DNA of 64,000 bases from Deltaproteobacteria bacterium (GTDB lineage Bacteria; Myxococcota_A; Polyangia; Fen-1088): assembly GCA_033763315.1 (NCBI GenBank), contig JANRKS010000032.1:64001-128000 (forward strand), given 5' to 3'. The notes under the pieces are model-generated. The model worked only from the letters and a program-made list of their open reading frames with translations. It had not been told where the DNA came from and made no database searches. The first letter of the stretch is position 1; every line of letters starts with the position of its first letter. Shown here piece by piece: positions 49,352 through 57,827 of the stretch. The position numbers and the translations under genes are program-made.

Positions 49352-51040
49352 TTACCCGGCAACAATTTCCACATCATCGAACCAAACGCCATAGACCGCG
49401 GCGGTTGGAACCGAGAGCTTAATCGTGGCGCTGGTAGAGTTGGCACCCGTGATGAACGTACGGCTCACCTGGGTCCAGCTGCCTCTCGTTGAGGTTGACG
49501 ACGAGACGGTCGAACCGCCGTAGCCGCTGACCTCGATGGCACCCGAGCCACCGCTTGGAGAGTTGACGTAGACCCAGACCCGAGCCCGATAGACGCTGTT
49601 GGGTTTGAGGCCCGATACGGTTTGGGTCAACGACTGGCCTGCGTTCAAGTCATGGCCAAAATCGCCCGACTTGGCCGCGTAGGCGCTGGGGACCTGACTC
49701 GTGATGCCGGCTGTGGTCCAACCGCTAAACGTGCCGGTCTCGAAGCCTGCGTTCGCAACGGCCACGCCGCCTGAATCACGCTCAAGCTTCACGTCGTCGA
49801 ACCAAACCCATAGGCCGCCTGGCATCGAGGGGGCCGTGAACTTTACGGTCACGGAGTTGGCACCTGCACCCGTGGTGAACGTTTGCGACACCTTCACCCA
49901 GCTGCGCCGCGTGCTTGTGGAGGCGTTCAACGCTGCGCCGCCAAAGCCGCTCACTTCGATTTTGAAGGAACCGCTGCCGGTGTTGTGGTAGTCGTCCACA
50001 AAGGCCCATGCCGACGCGGTGTAGCTGGTGCCCGGCGACAAGCCCGTGATTGTTTGTGCAAAAGAATCCGAGGTTGACGTTAATACAGCACCATTGGCGC
50101 CAGAGTTCGCCGACCAGTTGGTGGTGGAAGCGTTGCCCGTGCGGGTCCAGCTGTTGACGCCGCTCTCAAAACCAGCGTTGATGAAGTTTGGCGCGGGCGT
50201 CACATAGGTTGAAAGCACGCGCGTGAACTTGGCACCGGTGGGGCCGCAGCCCACCACATCGAAATGGCTGGGGTTCGTGGGGTTGGCCTTGATGTCGGCG
50301 CACTCGGTCATGTCACCCACGCCCACGCGACCGCGGTAATTCGTGTAGGGCGCGCCGTTTTGTCCTGAGCCAATGCGGCCAGCGATGGAAGCCGAAAGCC
50401 CTTGCTCGTAAACGAAATTCGCCACGGGTGGGTTGGCCGTCATGATGTTGCCGAAGAACGCACCTTCGCGCTGCGTTTGTGGCTGGCCCACTTCCCACGC
50501 CTCGCCCAGCCCGATTTGCGGTTGCAGTGCAGGATCAGCCACCAACCAAATGGGCACTTGCACACCCGTGGTGTTCACGTGTGCCATCATGCAGGCCGAA
50601 ACCCATTCTTGGCAGTTGGTGTCGCAAGCGCCGTTCTTCCAGCCGGTGCCCAATCCAAGCGCGCCATGGAAGCGGTAGGACACGCCGTTTTGATCTTGCT
50701 TGTCCAGGTAGTCACCTGCCGCCAAGGCGCATTTGACCAAGTACTGCACGGTCATGCGACCGCCGTTGGAGGTCATGAGACCGTTAGAAGTCATCAGACC
50801 ATTCGACGTCATCAAGCCATTGATGGTCGAAAGACCATTGGAGGTCATCAAGCCATTGGAGGCCATCAGACCGTTGATGGTGGACAGACCGTTAATGGTG
50901 GACAGGCCGTTTTGGCCCAGGATGGTCTGCGATGACGATGGATCACCATCAAGCAGCATGTGACCATCACCTGCGGCGCCACATCCCGCCGACATCCCCG
51001 CAGCCAACAGCCCTAGCGCTCCCCATTGCTTCCAACTCAT
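49352..51040 (-). CDS. Lipoprotein with NGL hexapeptide repeats, a myxobacterial Cys domain and two CBM4/9-like domains
   Basis: SAGC lipobox, 8x NGL[SM][TA][IS], YLVKCAL...CQEWVSACMMAHVN...EGAFFGN, and two NAGFE...W.DDV modules. Confidence 0.82.
   Translation of the reverse strand: MSWKQWGALGLLAAGMSAGCGAAGDGHMLLDGDPSSSQTILGQNGLSTINGLSTINGLMASNGLMTSNGLSTINGLMTSNGLMTSNGLMTSNGGRMTVQYLVKCALAAGDYLDKQDQNGVSYRFHGALGLGTGWKNGACDTNCQEWVSACMMAHVNTTGVQVPIWLVADPALQPQIGLGEAWEVGQPQTQREGAFFGNIMTANPPVANFVYEQGLSASIAGRIGSGQNGAPYTNYRGRVGVGDMTECADIKANPTNPSHFDVVGCGPTGAKFTRVLSTYVTPAPNFINAGFESGVNSWTRTGNASTTNWSANSGANGAVLTSTSDSFAQTITGLSPGTSYTASAWAFVDDYHNTGSGSFKIEVSGFGGAALNASTSTRRSWVKVSQTFTTGAGANSVTVKFTAPSMPGGLWVWFDDVKLERDSGGVAVANAGFETGTFSGWTTAGITSQVPSAYAAKSGDFGHDLNAGQSLTQTVSGLKPNSVYRARVWVYVNSPSGGSGAIEVSGYGGSTVSSSTSTRGSWTQVSRTFITGANSTSATIKLSVPTAAVYGVWFDDVEIVAG
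50768..50911 (-). repeat. 8 x 18-bp coding tandem repeat (NGLSTI/NGLMTS)
   Basis: Read directly from the sequence. Synonymous positions differ between copies. Confidence 0.9.
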
Positions 51041-51160
51041 GAACGTTCTCCTTCGGCAGCCCGGCCAACTTCGCAGGGCGAAGTCCCGGTGGCTTTGCGA
51101 CACGCGGTCACCCGCGCTGTGCCTTTTCGTGGAAGCCCTATTGCTTCCGCGGGGAATTAC

Positions 51161-51176
51161 TGCAGCTGTTGTGCCA
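51161..51176 (-). promoter_or_regulatory. Sigma54 (-24/-12) promoter TGGCAC-AACAG-CTGCA for the NGL-repeat lipoprotein
   Basis: GG-N10-GC spacing. AT-rich tract (about 51180-51215) directly upstream, as expected for an IHF site. Confidence 0.65.
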
Positions 51177-51357
51177 CAGACAATATGTGATCTATATTAC
51201 TAATTATGGCAATTAGGGAGCGGTGGGAGCTGTAGGCCTGTTGTGTTGCACGCAACGCCCTGTTGTGTCGAGCGCGACAGGGAACCGAAGGGCGATCCCG
51301 ACGTTGCGCGGCCGATGCGGGACCCCGCGGCGCAGCAGATCTAGCTGCCGGGGGCGC

Positions 51358-52728
51358 TTAGCTTAGACGACGCGCTTCTAGCTCGACGTGAATGACGGCC
51401 AACTGCGTGGCGCTCAAAGAATACAGCCGCACCATGATGGCGGCGCACAGCGCGAGGGCGGCCGGTATCAATGTGGCCAACACCAAGATGCCGGACATCG
51501 CGCGCGGTGTTTGCGCCGTGTTGGCGACGTATCCAAACGCCGATAACAGCCAACCCGTCAGCGCCTGGGCAACGCCTGCGCCGGCTTTGATCGAGAAGGT
51601 GGCGGCGGCGAAAACCAACGCTGTGGCTCGCCGCCCTGTCTTCCATTCCGAAAAGTCGGCGCTGTCTGCAAACATGGACCATGACAATGGCGACTTGGGA
51701 CCAACGACAAAAGACGTGAGCGTGTTGAGGACGAACAGCAGCGCGATGGATTGCGGTGGCACGAAGTACATGGCAGCCGACAAGGCCGCCACCAAAGCCA
51801 TCAATCCGCAGAACAAATCCTTCTTCGTAAAAAAGCGGGTCAACAGCGGGGTACACATCGCGCCGGCCAAATAGGCCAGGCTTGAGGCCGTGTTGAACCA
51901 GCTCACCAGATCTTCGCGCTTGCAGTAGTACTTAAGGTAGTACACGCCCACGCCATTGCGGATGGCCACAGCCAAAATGACCACCAACCCCAGTCCCAAC
52001 AAGGTAAGCCACGGCCCGTTCGACACGAGATCACCTAGATCCTGTCGCATGGAGCTGCGTTGGTGCGGCGGCGGCTGTACCCGCTCGCGCGTGGACGCGA
52101 ACGCGATGAAAAGCATTGCGACCGCAATTGCACCGTAGAGCACCATGAGCCTCTGCCAGCCAACCCGGAGGTCGCCGTTGGCCAATCGGTTCACGAGCGG
52201 CAGCGTCACCCATGTGACAACGGTTCCCGCGGCGTTCGAGCCAACAATCATGAAGGTCGCCAGCACCGTGCGCTTCTGCGGATCCGGCGTGATGACGCCC
52301 AGCAGGGCTCCATAGGGAATGTTAGCCGCCGTATATGCCAGCATCGTCATTGTGTAAGTGACATAGGCCCACACCAACTTGTCCGCTTGATCGAGGTGAG
52401 GCGTGGTGAAAGTCAAGACCGCAGACGCGACCAGCGGCAGCGCAAACCACAACAAATAAGGTCTGAACTTGCCCCAACGTGTGTTTGTGCGATCCGCCAG
52501 CATCCCCATCACGGGATCTAAGGCAGCGTCAAGCACCCGCGTGATCAGAAACATGGTGCCCGCTTGCGCGGGGGAGATGCCGAACGAATCCGTATAGAAC
52601 ACCAGAAGGTAGAACTCGAACACCTTCCAGTAAAATGAGAAACCGAAGTCGCCAGCCGCAAATCCGAAGAATTCAGGCCAACGCAAAGGCTTGTTTGAAC
52701 AGAACGCGCGCGAACCTCGTGACGTCAT
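51358..52728 (-). CDS. Glycoside-pentoside-hexuronide (GPH) cation symporter, MFS
   Basis: GFAAGD, FYTD, DP.MG..ADRTNTRWGKFRPYLLW, NIPYGAL and EWKTGRR motifs. Confidence 0.93.
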   Translation of the reverse strand: MTSRGSRAFCSNKPLRWPEFFGFAAGDFGFSFYWKVFEFYLLVFYTDSFGISPAQAGTMFLITRVLDAALDPVMGMLADRTNTRWGKFRPYLLWFALPLVASAVLTFTTPHLDQADKLVWAYVTYTMTMLAYTAANIPYGALLGVITPDPQKRTVLATFMIVGSNAAGTVVTWVTLPLVNRLANGDLRVGWQRLMVLYGAIAVAMLFIAFASTRERVQPPPHQRSSMRQDLGDLVSNGPWLTLLGLGLVVILAVAIRNGVGVYYLKYYCKREDLVSWFNTASSLAYLAGAMCTPLLTRFFTKKDLFCGLMALVAALSAAMYFVPPQSIALLFVLNTLTSFVVGPKSPLSWSMFADSADFSEWKTGRRATALVFAAATFSIKAGAGVAQALTGWLLSAFGYVANTAQTPRAMSGILVLATLIPAALALCAAIMVRLYSLSATQLAVIHVELEARRLS

Positions 52729-52785
52729 GAAGGGCTAACTTGGCACCCAAGCTTGTCCTGCACGCTTAATCGACGTTAAGGCCGC

Positions 52786-54090
52786 TTAGCAATCGAGCGT
52801 GACCTGTCGCTCCCACACTGAAATGTGAGCGTTGTGCTCGTTCCACTCTTGTTCTTTAAGCTTGATGAAGGCATCCACGAACTCCGACCCCAGTTTTTTT
52901 GTCAGGCGCGGATTGGCCCTAAGAGCGCGCAACGCATCCAAAAGGTTGGCCGGCAACCGGCGAGCCACCGTGGGCGGCAGGGGGTCGGTGTACATGTTGT
53001 TGTCGCGCCGAGGCCCAGGGCTGAGCTCCTGCTCAACGCCATCAATGCCGGCAGCGATGATCCCTGCTTGCAACAGATACGGATTCGCCGCGCCGTCAGC
53101 CAGCCGCAGCTCAAATCTATCGTTGTCGGGAATGCGGACCATGTGCGTGCGGTTGTTGCCCGCGTAGCTGATAACATTCGGTGCCCACGTGGCGCCCGAG
53201 CTTGTGACAGGCGCGTTGATGCGCTTGTACGAGTTCACCGTCGAGTTGGTCAACGCGCAAAGCGCCTCAGCGTTTGCCAATACGCCGCCCAAGAATTGAT
53301 AAGCAAGCCCTGATAGGCCCAGCTCTCCTCGTGGATCGTGAAACAGATTGCGATCCGCGTCCACATCCCATGCCGACACATGGACATGGCACCCATTACC
53401 CGCAGCTTTGGCGAATGGCTTGGGCATAAACGTCGCCCGCAAACCTTGCTGTTCGGCCAACGTCTTGACCATGTATTTGAAAAAGGCATGTCGATCAGCG
53501 GTGACCAGAGCGTCGCTGTAGGTCCAGTTCATCTCGAATTGACCGTTGCCGTCTTCGTGATCACTTTGATACGGATCCCATCCCAGCTTCTGCATGGCAT
53601 CGCTCACCTGGGTGACAAGGTCGAACCTGCGCATCAGGGATTGCTGATCGTAGCAAGGCTTTCGTTGTCGATCGCTTGCATCGCAAGGTTCATTGCCATC
53701 GGCCGATAGCACGAAGAATTCACACTCCACGCCCGTGCGTATGGCGAGGCCCAGCTCCTTGGCCCGCGTGAGTTGACGCTTAAGTACGACGCGCGGGGTC
53801 TGTTCAACCGCGTGGCCATTCATGGTGAGATCCGCGGCGAGCCAAGCCACCTCTGGCTTCCACGGCAACTGAATCAGACTCTGTGAGTCCCCAACCGCAA
53901 ACATGTCGGCATCGGCAGGTGTCATGTCCAGCCACGTGGCGAACCCCGCGAACCCGGCCGCGCCTGAAGCCATTTTGTTGATGTGCGATGCTGGCACCAA
54001 TTTGGCCCGCTGCACGCCTAGAAGATCTGTGAACGACAGCATGAAATAGCGAATGCCGCGGTCCTGGGCGATGTCGAAAAGCGTTGTCAC
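52786..54090 (-). CDS. glnT: Type III glutamate-ammonia ligase family (GlnT / gamma-glutamylmethylamide synthetase-like)
   Basis: QRAKLVP, GFAGFATWLD, GVECEFF, KPCYDQ, DHEDGNGQFEMNW, SGATWAP, GNNRTHMVR and ELRLADG motifs. Confidence 0.9.
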   Translation of the reverse strand: MTTLFDIAQDRGIRYFMLSFTDLLGVQRAKLVPASHINKMASGAAGFAGFATWLDMTPADADMFAVGDSQSLIQLPWKPEVAWLAADLTMNGHAVEQTPRVVLKRQLTRAKELGLAIRTGVECEFFVLSADGNEPCDASDRQRKPCYDQQSLMRRFDLVTQVSDAMQKLGWDPYQSDHEDGNGQFEMNWTYSDALVTADRHAFFKYMVKTLAEQQGLRATFMPKPFAKAAGNGCHVHVSAWDVDADRNLFHDPRGELGLSGLAYQFLGGVLANAEALCALTNSTVNSYKRINAPVTSSGATWAPNVISYAGNNRTHMVRIPDNDRFELRLADGAANPYLLQAGIIAAGIDGVEQELSPGPRRDNNMYTDPLPPTVARRLPANLLDALRALRANPRLTKKLGSEFVDAFIKLKEQEWNEHNAHISVWERQVTLDC

Positions 54091-55106
54091 GTGCGCGCTC
54101 CTTTGGCTGGACGCTCAAGCAGGTTGTGAACGGCCTCGCGAAGGAAGGCTTCGTCGGCTGGGTTTTGAAAAGGATTCCCTGCGCGGTGACCCCAAATGGA
54201 GGGAATGGGCAGGTATGTTGAGCCGCGAATCATGTCAGCTTCGGCGCGGCAGTCCTCGGGCGTAAAGTAAAGGTCGGTGGCGCTGGGCATGATCAGGGCG
54301 CGTGCGGTAATGGCTTTCAAGGCTTGCCTGAGATCGCCGTTAAACTCGGGGTACTCGGCGACATCGCAACACATCCACGTGCGGAGCATGCAAAGCAGGT
54401 TCATGGGATCGCGCCGCAGGTATTGTTCCTCCCACGCACGCTTCACGTAATCATCGAGACTCACGTAACCGAGGCTTTCGTATAGCCGTTCGCGATAGAA
54501 AGCTTGTGACGCCGCCCAGCTTGCGTAGATGAAAGCAAAGGTGCGGATGCCGTGCCTGGGAACGTCGTTGAACCGCGTGCCATCCCATGCCGGGTCGGAT
54601 TGCAATGCCGCCTCCAAGCTGCGAAGAAACAGCGTGTTGTGTGGGGTGGTTTGGGCGGTGCCGCAAATGGCCGCGAAGCGTTCCACCATGTGTGGCCGTT
54701 TGACGGCCCAGTAGTAGGCTTGTTGGGCGCCCATCGACCACCCGTACACCAGTTTCAATGATTGCACGCCGAGCCCCTGCGTAAGCAGCGTTTCTTGTGC
54801 CCGCAAGTTGTCGTCGTGGGTAAACGTGATACCCGGATCTAAGCCGTGGCTTGGTGAACTTGAAAGGCCGTTGCCAAACATGTTGGCGATGACAACGAAC
54901 CACTTTTCGGAGTCTAAGATCCCGCCGGGCCTCACAAGCCAGTCGATGTCGCTGTGGTGCGCGCCATACGACGTGGGGTACAAAATCACGTTCGAGCGGT
55001 CTTCGGCCAGTTTGCCGTACGTCTTGTATACGAGTTTGGCGTTGGCCAGGCGCCCACCGCGTGTCAAACGAAACCGACCGAGCTCCAGCACATGACCCTC
55101 ACTCAC
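54087..55106 (-). CDS. Homoserine-acetyltransferase (MetX)-like alpha/beta hydrolase
   Basis: YKTYG.L, NMFGNGLSSSPS, GWSMG nucleophile, TDLYF and WGH. GTGA overlaps at both ends. Confidence 0.88.
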   Translation of the reverse strand: MSEGHVLELGRFRLTRGGRLANAKLVYKTYGKLAEDRSNVILYPTSYGAHHSDIDWLVRPGGILDSEKWFVVIANMFGNGLSSSPSHGLDPGITFTHDDNLRAQETLLTQGLGVQSLKLVYGWSMGAQQAYYWAVKRPHMVERFAAICGTAQTTPHNTLFLRSLEAALQSDPAWDGTRFNDVPRHGIRTFAFIYASWAASQAFYRERLYESLGYVSLDDYVKRAWEEQYLRRDPMNLLCMLRTWMCCDVAEYPEFNGDLRQALKAITARALIMPSATDLYFTPEDCRAEADMIRGSTYLPIPSIWGHRAGNPFQNPADEAFLREAVHNLLERPAKGART

Positions 55107-56098
55107 GCGGAACGCCTCCCAGACCAGTGGCGGAAGAAGCCTAGGTGCAGCGCGAGATAGCCATTCTTTCCGACGTGTGCCAGCTGCGGCTCCAGTTTTT
55201 GGTTGGCTTGTGCCAAGCGATGAAACGGTAGCGCTGGATAGCGATGATGCTCGGCGTGATACGGCATGTTCCACATCAAAAACCGCACGAGCCAATTGGT
55301 GTGTGTGGTGCGTGTATTGGTCAAAGCGTTGTCGTCGTTTGTGCACAAGGTGTGCTCGGCCAACACCAAGCCACGCAAAAGCGGCTGTGCCAATGCCACG
55401 GGCAGCAGCCAATAGAACAAGAACCACGGCTGCCATGCGGCCAGCGACACGGCGATGGCGGTGGCGTACAGAAAACATTGCGCACGCACGGAACGCATCA
55501 CCTGGCGCTGCGTCTTTGCATTCAAATACGGGTAGTCTTGGGCGCGCCCCGAACAAATTTTTGCGTAGGTGCGAATTTTGCCAACCCACCAGTGAAATCC
55601 ACTCATCTCGATGACGTAACTCGGTAGATTCGTCGGCTTTGGATCGTCAAGCTCGGGATCTTTGCCAGGGATCTGCGTGAATCTGTGGTGCCATCCATGG
55701 TAGTGCCGGTAGAACGTGCCGTTGTAAAACGACATCAGACCAGCGAACCATGCCACGCAATTGTTGAGCCATGCAGATTTGAAAGCGGTGCGATGGACGG
55801 TCTCGTGCATCATCGCGAACATGGTGACCAACGTGAAGCCGTAGAACACCATCGCGAGGCTGATCCAAAGCGCGTTTTGCTGGGTGTTGACGGCGGCGTA
55901 AACGAGCCACGCACTTACCCCCGCGAACACCAAGTGTCCTGCCAAATGAAGCAGGCCCTTGGCGTCTGAGCGCTGTTGCATGGCCTTAAGTTCGTCGGCC
56001 GGTAACGCTTGCTTCGAAGCAGGTACGGATTGTCGCCGGTCATCGTCGTGCGCTTGCGCTGTTACGCATAGGTCTCTTTGCACTTGCTTTGTCACCAC
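55103..56098 (-). CDS. Membrane non-heme diiron desaturase/oxygenase, MocD (rhizopine oxygenase)-like
   Basis: His boxes HETVH, HGWHH, EH and YHAEHH; RSD..GL, RTAF and DPEL motifs. Start uncertain (GTG at 56098, 56095 or 56083). Confidence 0.85.
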   Translation of the reverse strand: MVTKQVQRDLCVTAQAHDDDRRQSVPASKQALPADELKAMQQRSDAKGLLHLAGHLVFAGVSAWLVYAAVNTQQNALWISLAMVFYGFTLVTMFAMMHETVHRTAFKSAWLNNCVAWFAGLMSFYNGTFYRHYHGWHHRFTQIPGKDPELDDPKPTNLPSYVIEMSGFHWWVGKIRTYAKICSGRAQDYPYLNAKTQRQVMRSVRAQCFLYATAIAVSLAAWQPWFLFYWLLPVALAQPLLRGLVLAEHTLCTNDDNALTNTRTTHTNWLVRFLMWNMPYHAEHHRYPALPFHRLAQANQKLEPQLAHVGKNGYLALHLGFFRHWSGRRSA

Positions 56099-56196
56099 AT
56101 GGTCATTGTGCGTGCATGCGCAGAAGCTTTGAACAACGGTCGTTAATCGGTGGCTCGTGAAAAGCAGGGGATGAGGCGCCGGTGGCAACTTTTAAC

Positions 56197-56244
56197 CCGC
56201 GTTTCTTCGCGGCTTAGCTTTGCTCTTACAGCCAAGAAACGCGG
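56197..56244. promoter_or_regulatory. 11-bp perfect inverted repeat in a divergent promoter region
   Basis: CCGCGTTTCTT (56197-56207) pairs with AAGAAACGCGG (56234-56244), with inner GGCT/AGCC pairing. Confidence 0.5.
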
Positions 56245-56309
56245 CCGCAATGGTGGCGGCTTAATGAACGGCAATGGCAAGCAGGCAGGGGTGAACGCAC
56301 AGTCGTCCG

Positions 56310-57798
56310 ATGATGGCTCAACGTTTGTGGGTGGTGCTGCTCGTATTGGTCGCCTGTGCCGGGGCGTCCGAACCACGAGAATACGAAGAGTCAGGTGGCA
56401 GTGGTGGCAACGTTGATGACGAACCCTCAGACAATGGTGGCGGTGGCGGGGCAGAGAAGCCGGCGTCACCGGACAAGAACGATGCTCGCGACGCCGTGGT
56501 TGCCAGCGACGGCGCTCAGGACGCATCAACATCGACAGATAGGGATGGCAGCCGCGTGGCTGAAGATTTCGATTGGCACGGGATCATCGGCACAGGCCAA
56601 AGCTTGTCTGTGGGGGCCGAAGGCGCTCCGCCAATTCTGACGTCACAGCCCTATGCCAACTTGAAGTTGGCGCTCGATCCGTCAGTTCAAGGCCCTCCGT
56701 TCGATGCCACCAATCCCATGCTTTCGGTGGTGTCTCTGGTGGAGCCGATTCGCCCGTTAGCAAGGGCCTATCCAGGCTTTTATCCCCACAACATCTACGG
56801 CGAGTCGCCGCACACAGCGATGGCAAATCAAATGTCTGCGATGGCTGCAGCGGCAGGCAAGGGTGATTTCGTCAGCGTTCACACGGTGGTAGGTGAAGCG
56901 GGACAAGGAATCAAAGCGTTGAGCAAGGACGCCGTCTTCAAAGATCGAGTGGGTGCCGCTTATGCTGCCAGCTTGTTTGAGGTGAAGGCGTTCACGCGTC
57001 TCGCGAACGCCAAGGGTAAACGTTATGGCGTCACGGCGATCGTCTTGACCCACGGCGAAACGGATTGGACGAATCCAACCTACGAACAAGCTTTACTGAA
57101 GCTATGGCGCGACTATAACGCAGATCTCCCGGCGATTACGGGCCAGACAGCCAAGATCCCTGTGGTCCTCACGCAGCAGCAAGGCCTACCTACGAATTTG
57201 AGCACACGCCCCTTGTCGACGCTGGTGATGTGGCGGTTGTGTCAGCAGCATCCCGGTGATTTCATCTGCGTGGGCCCCAAGTACCAATACTCATACGCGT
57301 CTGATCGCCTTCATTTGACGAACGCTCAGTACGACCGGCTGGGGGAAAAGTATGGACAGGTGATCTTCAAGGTGGCGGCGTTGCATGAGTCCTGGAAGCC
57401 GTTGCAGCCCGAAACGGTGACCCAGCAAGACAACATGATTCGCGCGAACTTCTTTGTGCCCGTGCCGCCCTTGGCGTGGGACACCGATATCTCGCCGCCT
57501 CATCAAACGGTGCTGGTGGAGTGGAGGAATGGTCGCGGCTTCGAGGTGGAAGACGGCCAAGGCCGCGTGCAAATCGTCAGCGCTACGTTTGGGGGCCACG
57601 TTCGTTGACCTTGTGTTGGGGCGTAAGCCCGTGGGCAAGACGACGCTTCGGTACGCGCAAAGCGCTGACGGCATCAAACCATCAAGTCCAAACTCAGATT
57701 GCCGCGGCCAACTCCGAGACTCTGATCCCTTCGTGGGCAGAACCGCTGGCAAAAGGCATCAGAACTACGCCATCGGCTTCGAGATGACCCTGCCTTGA
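56310..57798 (+). CDS. SGNH/SASA (CE6-like) carbohydrate esterase lipoprotein, apparently frameshifted near 57588-57595
   Basis: GQSLSVG, HGETD and DRLH catalytic blocks. The ORF stops at 57608, but a protein-like tail (GQLRDSDPFVG...NYAIGFEMTLP) continues in another frame to 57798. Confidence 0.7.
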
Positions 57799-57827
57799 TG
57801 TTTGTCTTCGCCATCTGCCGCGGCGCT

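Noticed and set aside
50768-50911. Possible CRISPR array or VNTR
   Set aside because: These are contiguous 18-bp in-frame coding repeats with no spacers, and there are no cas genes.
52733-52760. Shared GGGCTAACTTGG 12-mer (also near 63213) and a nearby TGGCAC as a sugar-regulon or sigma54 site
   Set aside because: Only two non-palindromic copies at different distances from their starts. The TGGCAC lacks a correctly spaced GC and faces the wrong way.
54087-55589. 500-aa version of the hydrolase; similarly the long versions of dacB (32109) and the Cip1-like gene (59390)
   Set aside because: The N-terminal extensions overlap upstream genes out of frame. Better starts exist at 55106, 32445 and 58811.
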